64,000 nucleotides of DNA, taken from NCBI GenBank assembly GCA_958009085.1, contig OY253677.1:558001-622000 (forward strand), read 5' to 3'. The notes beneath the pieces are model-generated. The model was not told where the DNA came from, searched no databases, and was given only the letters and a program-made list of their open reading frames with translations. The stretch's first letter is position 1; the number at the start of each line of letters is the position of its first letter. The DNA is from Protoeuglena noctilucae (taxonomy: Eukaryota). The translations under genes were made by a program, and so were the position numbers. Shown here in pieces: positions 1 through 13,222 of this stretch.

Positions 1-1023
1 GGTTCCGGCCCACAATCAGGATCGGGGAGATGATATTTGCGTTCTCGTCCTGGACTTCGTACTCAAAGACCCGCAGGAGGTGTCCCCGCTCGCGGAGCAG
101 CTGGAGAGGTGGGAGAGGGACGTTGTTACGAACCTTGTGGCGTGCAACGACTCGCCATCGACAACCAGAAAGCAATCTTGTTCGAAATGAACGCGGAGGG
201 CGGCTCCTTGCAACGAGGGGGCAACAGGGCAGTGCGAAAAGGGGTCGGTTGCGGTCGCCAGCGGACGCCGGCCCCCGCGGCCGCTTTGGACCCTGATACC
301 TCCACGAGAACAGACTAATTGTCTGAAACACTCACGTTGGCGAGGTAGGTACACATCGCCGGGTCCGTCAGGGAGAACGGGCGCTGGCGAGACCCTGCCG
401 ACATGTTCGAGCGATTGCAAAGCGCTGCTGGTAATATGCTGCTTCGATGATGCCAATCGGTGCAATCGCGGTCCCTCGCTCGTCGCCCGTCACGTCGATT
501 GCGCTCCGTGTGCCGTGGGGACGGACCACAATGGCCCGAGTAGCTTCCCCTTATGAGGGAAGTTATCGTGGCATCTCGCGGAAGACCTTGCTGTATAAAT
601 GCGCCGGCACTGGTCCGACCTGACCGACCTTTTGTCTGACAAAATTAGACCAGCTCACGTGCACATGTCGGCGTCATTCACTGGTTGATTATCTGCCCAA
701 TGAACGTGATGTTTTCTGGAACGGCTGGCTGGGTCGACTTTTGATGGTTAGCAATCCCGCGGCCTCCGCGACGGCCGCGAGCTCCCACGGATAGCAGGTG
801 TGACGCTTTTTCATGGCATTAGGCCCCATGAAATGTGCCAGCGTCGCCGGCGCGTGGGTGTCCCTGGGTGATCTGTCCGCGGACGCTGCACGCGCACAGC
901 ACTTGTTCGGAGACGGCGCGCGTCGTGTTTGACTCTCAGGGTCGAAGCTTCGCAGGGCTGGACGGGCGGGCGCCCAAGTCGCCGCCAATCGCCCGCGCAG
1001 GGCCGCGAGTGGTGACTGCGGGC

Positions 1024-2326
1024 ATGGGGCCGGTGAGCGCCGCGCGGGAGCGGATCCGCGCCGCGGCGACGGGCGCATCCGCTACCTGTCTATCGATCCA
1101 AGTGCTCCCCTTGCGCTCGTGGCATCTCGACGCGTCTTCTGCCCGCAGGCCCAGGCGGCCCCGCCTCCGAAGGCGTCCAGCGGCGACTTCCCCGCGAAAG
1201 GTGCGAGCGCATCCGGCGGCATCGTTCTTGCTTTCCATGCGATGCGCGCGCGGGTGGGTAAGCCAGGCAAAGGCGCGGATCCCCTGCAGGCGGGCGATTC
1301 CTGGACCTCGACGATGGGGCGTTTGTGGAGAAGCGCGCCCCTTTCCTCAGCAGGAAGAACTGGCCGAGTCTGCTCGCCACGCTGGGCCTCGCGCTCGTCG
1401 CGTCGTTCGTCCTGCGCGCCCTGAGCGGTGAGCGCCGCGCTGCTGGCCCCCGTGCGTGCCCCTCACACACCCCTCACACACCCCCGGCTTTGCCCGGCGG
1501 CTACGCGGCACGGCGACCCACGTCCCGCCCCGCCGCTCCCGCAGCTAGCGTCGCGAGCAAGGACCGGGACGTCTTCTTGGTCCCCGACGCGCCCGGCATC
1601 GAGCTGCACTGGCTGCGGCACAACGCGACGAGCCCATGTCACCTCAAAGTCCTGGTGGCCCAGACGGTCGAGCCGGGCCCTTTCAAGGCGTTGCTGGACG
1701 CCAGCCTGCCCGTGAACCAGGCGTACGCGCAGGAGCGTGGGTACGACTACGTTTCGCTGACGGGCGTGGCGTACGGGGGCCTCAACCGCATGGCGACGTT
1801 CAACAAGATCTTCCTGCTGGACATGGTGGAGCGCATGGGGCAGTACGACGTGGTCTTCTACCTCGACGCGGACGCCATGGTGGTCAACCCGGGGCTGCGG
1901 GTCGAGGAGGTCGCTCCCCCATGGGCGCTCCTCACCGCCAGCCGCGGGCGCAAGGACCGGCGGTGGGACGTGAACGCGGGGGTGTTTCTGTGGAACCTGC
2001 GGCACCCGCGGTCGCACGAGTTGCTGGGGAAGTGGAAGGACGCGGCGGTGGCGGGAATCCAAAGGGGGGCGGCTGACGACCAGAAGTTGCTCCAGCGGCT
2101 GCTGCGGAATCTGAGCCGGGCCGAGCAGCAGCTTATGCTGCGCACGTACATGGGCGCCGAGTACAACTACATTAACTACGACGGGCCCAACGTGCGTCAC
2201 TTCCTTCGCATGACGTCGTCGAAGGACTGGTCGGCGAGCACGGTAACTGACCGCGTCGCCGCCATGCAACGCGTCATCGAGGAGCTCCATCTCAAGCAAC
2301 TGCCGGCAGCCCCGCGGCGGTGTTGA
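1024..2326 (+). CDS. Type II membrane glycosyltransferase, GT34/MNN10-GMA12-like (multi-exon)
   Basis: Phase-consistent exons ~1024-1032, 1149-1200, 1290-1427, 1545-2326. N-terminal TM (SLLATLGLALVASFVL), DxD motif YLDADAMVVN, NAGVFLW and DDQ motifs. Confidence 0.75.
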
Positions 2327-2512
2327 CAGAACCTCCTTGCTGCCCAGCGCGTGCGACGCGCGTGCGACGCACGTGCGGCATGCGAGGTTCGTGCGAGGCC
2401 TGCCATGGTGCCCTTCCGATTGTTGCGTTACTACTCCAAACTACGCTCCATTCCTTGCGTTTCCTAGGTTCGCAGCAGTCTCATTTCAATACCTAGCAGT
2501 GCTGACCCGACC

Positions 2513-5500
2513 TCACGACTTGCCCGCGCCAGGCACCCCCGACCTCCTCCCAGGCACAATGCTCGACGCAAAGCCCCTGCGCAAGACACAGGAAGCAAAA
2601 CAGGTTACTCTCGCATCCGCGTTGCTCCCACATCACCCTCGGCTGAGCTCCGGGAGGGTGGTGCCCGCATTGGGCGACAGTGCGAACGTCGGTTGCGATG
2701 TCACACGACTAGAGGCATGGCACACGCGTGACGAGAACGCGCGAGTGGGCACACACAGCACAGTCCCACCATCTCCCTCGCCTGCTGTCCGCGAAGTAGC
2801 TCTTGGTGCCGTCCTGTGCGTCGGTGGTGCGCGCGTTGGGGTTGACGAGCTCGATGCCTTGCACGGGGGTGAAGGCCAGCGACGTGGCGATGCCGGACTT
2901 GGCACCCGCGCCCGCCTTGAACGCCGGCGTCTTCTCCACCTTGCGCTGGATCGCCTTGGTGACCTTGACCCGCTTCTCGGCAGCCATCGCCCTGCGGAGG
3001 CACGGCAGCGGCAGTGGGCGGTCGACACCGTCAGGGCAGCAAGGGGTGACACGGCGGAGGCGCAATGGATAGTGCCAGGCGTGGGGCTTACAAAGGCACA
3101 CACGCATGCTTACACGCTCGCTCACACACTAACACACGCTTGCGTACACGCTTGCGCATGCGCTCGCACACACGCTCGCTCACACATTTGCGTTCCCCAC
3201 CGTCCCCCACGCACGCGCAGTGCAGTGTGCAGCACAGTGAAGTGTGCAGCACAATGCAGTGTGCAGCACAGCACGGCGTCTCTCACCGGATGCGCCCCGA
3301 CCCGTCCTTGCCCAGCATGCCCACCCCCACGAGCTCATCCCCGTCCAGGATCTCGTCCTCGGCCTCGTTGAACTTGACGCGGTTGGCCAGCTTCTGGATC
3401 TCTGCGATCATCGGCAGTGCACGGGGGCATTGGGAGCGTGAACAGGGACTTGTGAAACTCTGCGGTGATCGGCAGCATGCGAGGGCATGGCAGGCGTGAA
3501 CGGGTGCGGAGGGCAGCGACAGGCACGGTGTCATGTGGGATGGCTGCGTATGTCGTCATCAACCCGATGGTACAGCTTTGCCCAATGGTACAGCGTTGCC
3601 CAACAGTACAGCTTACAGGCCCGATGGCGCAGCTCGTCTCCTCACCCGTCAGTCCGTATCGCTCCTTCATCTTCCGGTACCGCTTGCCGCCCCTCCGCTT
3701 GCGCGCGTCCGCGTCCGGCCGCGGCAGCGGCTTGACGATCTTGGCGGGCGGCGGCTCCTGCCACTTCTCAATCTGCGATGGGGCGAGAGGGGGCGTTGGA
3801 AGCGTGTAAGTCAACTGCAACATCCTAGTCAATTAGGCATCCATGAAGCAAGCACGACCCTAAGCACTTTCACACGCTCCCACCACCCAAACGCCTATCA
3901 CCTTGCCAAGCACCCACTCCCAGCACGCAGCACCTTGCCAAGCACCCACTCTTAGCACTTACTCTTCACCCCCCAGCATTCGTCACCTTGGCGAGCACCG
4001 CGGCCCGCATCTGCCTCCCCGTCTCCCCCGTGGGGTCCTGCCCGTAGGCGTCTGTGCGTGCCAGGAGCGTGCACTTCATGGCGATCAGCTTGGCCGCCTT
4101 CATCCGCCACGACTTGGGCGTCTTCTGAACAACCTCGCAGTCGTACACGAATCCCTGGTGGGGCTCTGCGGGGCAATGCATGAGTCAATGTTTGGGCAAC
4201 GGAGCTTGGTAAGGAGCGAGGCGAGAGGCGGGGAAAGTGGCAGGGCGAGGGGTGCGGAGCAGGGCGAGGGGTGAGGTGTCATCATAGCAAGGGGCGTGCT
4301 TGAAAGGGTGGCGAGGTGCAAGTCACACCTGTCTGCTTGGAGGACATGCCGATGACGACCTTGCGCTTCTGCCCCAGCACCTGGACGTTGCATGCGGGGA
4401 TCTTGGAGAGCGGCACGAGCCCACCTGCCACGCCCATCAGCTTGGCGGCGACGGTGGAGCCCTGGGAGGGGGAGAGAGGGTCGGCGTCACGCACGGCCTG
4501 ACAGCTGACAATCAAGCCTTGGGCTGTTTATGTGAGCCATGGCCACGCGATGAAGCCCCAGTGAGCCGTGCAGGTACCCTTCTTACCGAGCGCGGGCCAC
4601 AGCTCACCAGGAGTACGGACAGGTTGGGCGCCATGAGGTTCATCCGCGCCTCGACCAGCTTCAGAATGGCCTCCTTGTCGGCCTCGAGCTGCGAGAAGAT
4701 TCAAAAGAGATGAGTTTACGTTTCACTAAAAGCACAGCACGACAGCACCACGCGCCATGTGCGCTCAAGCGATGCCGAAGGCCCGGGGCTCGTGACAGAG
4801 CCCAAATCGATCCAACGCTTTCTCACGAATTTCAACCCAAACACAAACACAAACACACACAACAACACACCTGTAGGATGTGGTCTGCCGCCTCCATGAC
4901 CACCTGGAGCTGCTGCGCGTCGAGGGGCTTGCCGACGGTCGTGGTGGCCGTCACCGTCACCACCATGATCATCGAGTGGCTCAGCACCGGCTCCAAATTG
5001 AGCTTCGTCAGGTCCTCCTCGTTCCCAATCGCCTTCACTGCGGCAGCGCAGCCAGGGACCCGGTCGGCAGCGCCCATAATTGTACTGTACTGTCCACGCA
5101 CGCCCGTGAGACGGCGCACACGACATCGATGAGTGTGATCAGTACAAGTACAACGGGCGTGCGCGACGCGGCTGACCAGTCAAGTGCCCCGCGAGTGAAA
5201 CACCCACCAGTTAGCACGCCCCACCGCACCTGTGCGTGCGTAGTCCAGGGGATGGTGGATGAGACTCTCGAGCTCAGGGAATTTGGACCGATACTTGTCC
5301 TTCAGGAAACCATGGACGGCAGCGACCTCGTTCTCGATGTCGACAGCCAGGGCGTTGCACTCGACCAGCAGCTTGTATGTCGGGTCCTCGTCACCCTGCC
5401 ATGCCCTGCGGAGTGCGCAACTGGGGCGCGCGACCATCACAACAGATGGGCAGAGAGGTGGCCGTAGCTGACCCGCATGGGAGCCGCAGACAGATCACGG

Positions 5501-5834
5501 ACTCGCCTGGGAAGGTCCCCCTCGGCCCGCGCAAGCTCCTCGCGCACTTGGGAAATGACGCGCTGGTAGCGCTCGGAAGACGCCAGCTTGGCCACGTCCG
5601 AAAGCTTCTCGTAGGAAACGCGCACCTGCTCCCGAGTGCCCTGCCCCTCGTCCACCTGCGGAAGAGGCCGGCGGACCGCGGGGTCGGGCGGCGGCGGTCG
5701 GCAGAGCCCGCAGAGCGCGCGACAGCGACGTCGGCCCCTCCGATCACCTCCACCTCCTCCAGCTCTTCCCGGACGACCTCGTCATCGGACAAGTCGTTCA
5801 AGTCCTCGAGGAAACTCTCTGCCAGCGTCGCCAT
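2513..5834 (-). CDS. PRP31: U4/U6.U5 tri-snRNP protein Prp31 (multi-exon)
   Basis: MATLAESFLEDL start; Nop-domain motifs KYRSKFPELESLI, VAAKLMGVAGGL, IPACNVQVLG; RKRRGGKRYRKMKERY; SGIATSLAFTPVQGIELVNP. Last intron 2577-2781 has a GC donor. Confidence 0.95.
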
Positions 5835-6420
5835 GGCGCCCCGCCTTCACCCTGCGGCCTCGACGAAACAGCACGCGCGTTCTGCGACCCAGATGTGCGC
5901 GTCAGGGCGCTTGAACGCCCTCCCACTTCTTCTGTAGGTAGATTAACTTTGACATAATCCATGGGCCATAGCAAATCCGGAGATGCCATCCCCGTCGGGT
6001 CGCTCAACTCACCGTGACGCCCCACGGGGCTCGCCAGCGCCCGCGATGAGCGCGGCCCCCTAGCTGGCGTCGCCAGGACCGAGAACGTAGGCACTGCAAG
6101 CCAACCGAGGGTGTCCCGCTCCGGCGCGCCGAGCTGGGGCCGGGAGGATGCGTCGCGTGGCTCGCGCAGAGCTGGACGCCTCAGGACAGCGCTATATGAC
6201 ACAGGTCCGCGTTCATGTCGTGCTTCCCAAACACCGAAGCCAAAGCGAGCGACTGAAGCAGCTTTGGGCCCCAATCCAGGCGAACCGGCGAACTTGCTGC
6301 CTGAGGTCAGGTCAGACATAGCGCCACCGCCGCGACGGCCGCGATGAGGCCCGCCCCTGCGTGCCCACTGCCCTTTCTGCGCTCCCTGGGTCCCTCCCGT
6401 CCGAACCGAGCGGCCGAACC

Positions 6421-7324
6421 ATGGTGCGTTCCGCGCGCCGGCCGCCGAGCGTCCGCGCAAAGCGCGGGGCCTCCCCGCGGCCCTGCGCCAGCGCTCACGA
6501 CTGGATGTATTTGCCGCATGTCGTGTCCGCTCGCGGATGCGGTCGCGGGGGAGGCCTCCCTTCCTGGCGGGCTGGGTTGGCCCGCCCCGCCCATGCCCGG
6601 TCGCGCCGCGTCGCCCGTCTGCTTTCTGGGGCCTTGGAGTGCAAGGGCGGACCGGCGGTGTCCCGCGGGTCGCCGTTGCTGAGCAGCAGCGCCCTGTTCT
6701 CGCACGCAGGGGCGCGTCCGCACCAAGACGGTGAAGCGGTCCTCCCGCCACCTCATCGAGAGGTACTACAACAAGCTCACGCAGGACTTTGACACGAACA
6801 AGCGCGTCATCGACGAGGTGGCTGTCGTGCAGACCAAGGCGAGTGCCCCGCGCCGCCCGGGCCCCGCAGCGCGAGCGTCCCGCGCCCCCTGCGCTGCGTT
6901 CTCGTCTCTGGTGCCCGGCGACAGCTCGCGCCCTCCCTCGCCGCAGCGCCTGCGGAACAAGATCGCGGGCTTCACCACGCACCTGATGAAGCGCATCCAG
7001 CGCGGCCCCGTGCGCGGCATCTCCCTGAAGCTGCAGGAGGAGGAGCGCGAGAGGCGCCTGGACTTCCTGCCGGAGACCTCCGCCATCCAGACGGAGAACA
7101 TCGAGGTGCGGCAGCCGCGGCGGGGGCCTGGCTCGGAAGAGGGCCCGCGCGCGACGCGGGCGGTGGGCGGGCTCCATCTGTGTATGTGGTTCACTCATCG
7201 CCTCTCGGGCGCGCAGGTGGACCGCGACACGCTGGATATGCTCCGCGCCATGAACATGGGGTCGCTGCCCGGTGTCGAGAACCAGCGCTTCCGGGGCGCC
7301 TTCCGCCGTCGGCAGCAGGAGTGA
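6421..7324 (+). CDS. RPS17: 40S ribosomal protein S17 (eS17), 4 exons
   Basis: ATG-only first exon, then GRVRTKTVK...[37 protein letters not shown]. Intron 6839-6946 is GC-AG. Confidence 0.97.
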
Positions 7325-7859
7325 GCGGCTGGGTCGGGCGGCGCCAGCGTCGCGGCCGCTGAGGGGACGCGCAGCGGGCGCACAGAGCATGGCCCGGGCC
7401 TCCGTGGGACGGTGCCCGCGCGCGAGCCGCGAAGGCCCTCAGCGGAACGCGCGAAGTGTTGAGCCCGGCTGATAGGTTGTGGGGATTGGGGGCTGTTTGG
7501 GGGTTGAACGTGTGCGTTGGCTTCCTTCCAGCCAGGCCGCTGTGCAGCCGGGTGCCCCGCGCCGCCGTGCGCCACTCCGCAAAGCCGTCGCGGCAGTCCA
7601 CCCCAGCTGGCGAGCCGCGCGTTGTGGGGGAGTTCTGACGGCTGTAGGACTCCCTGCTTCAAGGAGAGGAAAGTGGGCCTTGCTCTTGACGAAATTGTGG
7701 AAAGATAAGCGCAGCTAGCAAGACGGCATTCCGAGACGGAGCTCCATCGCAGCGCCGGTCGCACCCCCGCGCTCGCGGGCCCAGCGTCAGCCCTCGCAGG
7801 GCACGCGATTGTTCCTGTTGCTCATATAGGCAGGCGCCGCCTTCGTCCGGGCTGCCGAA

Positions 7860-9185
<1,326 letters not shown>

Positions 9186-9229
9186 GAGCTCACGCCGGAC
9201 GTGGCTGCGATGCCTGCGTGTTATATGCG

Positions 9230-11472
9230 TCAACGCGCCCTGGCCGGCTGCCGCGTGCTGCCGAGCTCCACCCACACGCTCTCAAAGTCTCTCTCCGCCT
9301 CGGCCACCAAGGCCTCGTCCGTCCAATGGTCGCGGTACGCCTCTGGGTTGCTACGCTTGTTCACCCCCGTGGCTTTGTACATGGCAGATCGCCAACTGCA
9401 ACCAAGCACAGGTATCGACATGAGTCATGTCTTGGGTCCTATCTTGTTTATCGCGACGCCGCATGCCGGCACCATAGACTCCGTTGAAAGACATGCATTG
9501 CATGCATTGGACGCTGTGCCGAGACATGGTAGAAGCAAACACGCACCGGCGCTCTGCCAAAGGGCGAGTGAGACTTCGCATGCGGTGCGATCGCAAGACC
9601 CCAAGGGAGCCAGGGCACACTCTTAAGCCAGCAGCCGCCATCCTAACGACGCACCTTGGCAGCGGCGCCTCCGTCCCCCCGCACATGCGCAGCAATCGGT
9701 TGTTGTAGTCCCACTGGCCGTCGCCCTGCATGTGCGTGTGCCGCCGTGGCCTCCCCTCCGCCTCCAGCGCACGGTATCGCTCCTCTGTCCGGCGCTGCAT
9801 CTCGTCCGCCGACGGTAGCACCGCCCGGCCGCTGAGCGCGCGTGCCACCAGCCGCGCCTGGACTTGGAACTGAGGGAAGGGCACCACTTTCCACGGGAGG
9901 CCGATGAAGCTCAGGAATGGCCCCAGCTGAGGCACAAAGATGTCCTCGAAGAGTGGGGCGACACGGTTGTCGTCCACTGTCACTGGGGCCGCCGTGGCCG
10001 GGTCTGACTCCAGGAATGGGAAGCGGTACTCGTAGCCTGCGGTTGGGCAGTCGTGCAAGCGAGCTCCTGTTACCAAGGAGCCCCGCAGGCTCTCGCCAAT
10101 CATCGACCACATCGGCTCCTGGCATCCCGGCATGCATGCCAGAGCTCCCGCGTCCAACCAGCCCCAGCGGGCGGAGAGGTGACGGGCAAAAGCCGCGTGC
10201 GCACCCGTGCAATAGACGACGTGGTCGACGGCCTCTGGCGTGACGGACCCGTCGTCGAACTCAACCCGCCCGTCGGCTCTCAAGACGCGCACGGTGGGGC
10301 GGCGGTGGAGGTTGGCGCGCTCCCCGACCGGCGCCGTGTCGAAACCCCACTGCGGGTTCTGCCACGATCGTGCACACAGGTACACCTGCCTCGCGCACGT
10401 TGCCAGCTCCCGCGAAATGTCCTCCCCCGAGCTCGACGCGCCCACGACCACCACGACCTTGTCTCTGTGGGGGGTCCAAGAGGGGGGGTTGGTGCATGTG
10501 GGCCCACAAACACGACACCCGGGCTGCCACCTGACCCTACCCGGCTAGCACGCCGGCCGACACAAATAGAGGCCCCAGTGAGCCAGGCGGTGCTCGCACC
10601 TGAATTTCTCTGGCTCGCGGTAGTTGTGGCTGTGCATGACGGCACCCGGGAAGCCCTCGTCACGGACGTCCTCAGGGACGCGTGGGCGGCTGTAGTGTCC
10701 GTTGCACACCACAACTGCGTCAAACGTCGCCTCCTCGGTCTCCACCGAGTCGCTCGGCCCGTACACCACCCGCCACGCGACGCCCTCCTGGCCCTGGCCT
10801 GCCCTGCAACATGCAGCCACGTGCGTGCCGAAGGAGACGTGCTGTTCTAGGCCAAAGTACCTCGCGTAGGCCTCCAAGTATCTCTGGACCTCCTCGTGGC
10901 TGCAGAAACGCCGCTTATCGACGCTCTGCGACCGGGGTGGGTGGGTGGGCTCAGACAGGTGCCTTGCTAGTATGCACCCTTCTGTGCATGGCCAGCGCGC
11001 GAGCAAAAGAACTGACTTTGAACCCGGGCGTGGCTGGGTGGAGGGGGAAGTCGAGGAATCCCATGACTTCTCGGGGCAAGTTGGTGCGAAGGGAGGCGTA
11101 CATGGACGAGTGCACACGGCGTCGGGGGGCGAGGCCCAGAGGGTCGCTCTCCGTCTCAGGGTCGTAATCCCAGACACCGCCGACCCGGACCCGCTGCTCA
11201 AACACCCGTACGGCGTGGCCTTCGCGGAGGAGCTCCCTGCACGCAGCCAGCCCCGCAGCGCCACCCCCGATGACGGCGACGTGCTTGGCCCCGTCCGACC
11301 TGGCCTGTGCCGATCGCGAGGAACTCGGGGACCCTTGGCGGTCGAGCTCGGCATGAGCCGGCACTCCTCGTGCCCTCGAGACCTCCGATGGACGCATCGG
11401 AACCCGGGAGCCGCGGCAGGAAGTTCGCTGGTCATGCCATCCACACGCGGTCACTCGCGTCACTCCGCTCAT
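9230..11472 (-). CDS. Flavin-containing monooxygenase (FMO GS-OX-like), multi-exon; start approximate
   Basis: FAD motif [31 protein letters not shown] signature [16 protein letters not shown] motif [11 protein letters not shown], and [12 protein letters not shown] after splicing. Confidence 0.92.
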
Positions 11473-11850
11473 CCTCGCCTCCCGCACTGCACCCCCATCC
11501 CTTAATCCGTTCGTCTGCGTTCCAACCCCCAATCCCTGGCCGCTGGACGCCCGTCGTGGAGGAGAGCCAATGCTCGTATTGCTCAAGCAAGCAGCGAATG
11601 CGAACCCAAGCGCCCTCGCTGCCAATATTGCAAGTTGCCCGTTCGAGCCCTGGACATCGACCTCATCTACGGCGCCCAGCCCTAACGACGGTTCTGACGC
11701 GAGGTGCTGCGCCAGACTCGGTCGCGGCGGGCCAGGCCGCAGACTTCCCGTCCCCGCGCGCCCCTGCCGCGCCCTTTCCCCCTCTGCCCGACCCGCGCGC
11801 AAGGGAGGGCTTTCGGAGGACACCCTCGCGCAGTCCGGAGCGAGGGCGCG

Positions 11851-12801
11851 ATGCCGGCCTCCACCTTCTACAGGTCCGGGCCCGCCCGCGGCACGCTGCG
11901 TGCCGTTTCGACCGTAGGTATCGGCGGGCCGTCCCAGCCGGGCGTGGGGGGGCGCGCGTCGATCCCTCGGTCCCCGTCCGGCCCCGCAGGAACTACAAGA
12001 AGTCGTTCAGGCGGCCGCGGCGCCCCTACGAGAAGGAGCGGCTCGATTCCGAGCTCAAGGTGCTGGGGGAGTACGGGCTCCGCAACAAGCGCGAGCTCTG
12101 GCGGGTCCAGGCTGCCCTCTCCAAGATTCGGAAGGCCGCCCGTACGATGCTGACGATGGACGAGAAGGACACGAAGCGTATCTTCGAGGGCAACGCCCTG
12201 CTGCGCAGGCGAGGGCCCTGCCGCGCTCCGGAGGGCCGGGCGAGGCTGCCGCGCGCTGCGGGGGCCCGGGGCGCCGGCGGCGCGCCGCGCGACGGCCGCG
12301 GCCCCGCCCGTTGCAGGCTGACGCGCTACGGGCTGCTGCCGGAGGACAAGAAGGAGCTCGACTACGTGCTGTCGCTCAAGCTGGAGGACTTCCTCAACCG
12401 CCGGCTCCAGACGATCGTGTGGAAGCTGGGCCTGGCCAAGTCCGTCCACCACGCCCGCGTCCTCATCAAGCAGGGGCACATCCGCGTCGGGAAGCAGATC
12501 GTCAACGTGCCGTCCTTCCTGGTCCGCGTGGACTCGGAGCGCCACATCGACTTCTCGCTCACCTCGCCCTTCGGCGGCGGGCGCCCGGGCCGCGTGAAGA
12601 GGAAGTCGCAGAAGGCCAAGGTGCGTGCGGTGGCCGCGCGCTGCCCGGGTCGCGCAGAGCACCGCCGCGCAGGGCGGCGGCACTGCCGCTGCTGCGCGCG
12701 TGTTGCGACGGCTGGGACGGGCGCCGCGGCTCGACAATCGACTTGTGCGAACGTCCGTCATTGCGTTCCCGCAGGCCGGCGGCGGTGACGACGACGAGTG
12801 A
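11851..12801 (+). CDS. RPS9: 40S ribosomal protein S9 (uS4), 4 exons
   Basis: [59 protein letters not shown]. Intron 12209-12316 is GC-AG. Confidence 0.97.
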
Positions 12802-13222
12802 AGAGCTGGCTGGGGGGGAGTTGGGGACGCGCACTTTTGCGCCGGGATGCGGAGCTGTGCCGTGCGACGCGCTTCTCTAGCCCTCAGTGTGGTGCTGGTG
12901 CCGTCGCGGGGATGGCGCAGCGTGGGCTTCGAGTTGAAAATGCTCGTGGCGGCAGACGCGCCTGACTGACAACGCTGCAGCTCCCTCTGCGAGCGGCGGG
13001 CGATCTCCGCCGCAATTTGCACGGTCCATAGACGGTGGAATTCCGGCATCAGCGATATCGCTGTCCGAAGGCCTGACCCGCCGGGTTGGAACGGGTTGCA
13101 TCTCTCTAATCTGTCTAACATCTCCGCCGAGTGAAGATCCCAATGAAGGGTCGGGAAGGGGGCGGACGAAGCGGGGACCCGGGGCGGGGGAGCGGCGCGG
13201 GGCCGGTGGGCTTTTCGACGCC

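Noticed and set aside
1..465. Short ORFs in a lower-GC stretch at the window start
   Set aside because: No recognisable motif or splice chain; may be the tail of an upstream feature.
6421..6423. ATG-only first exon of RPS17
   Set aside because: A known, widespread arrangement in this gene family.
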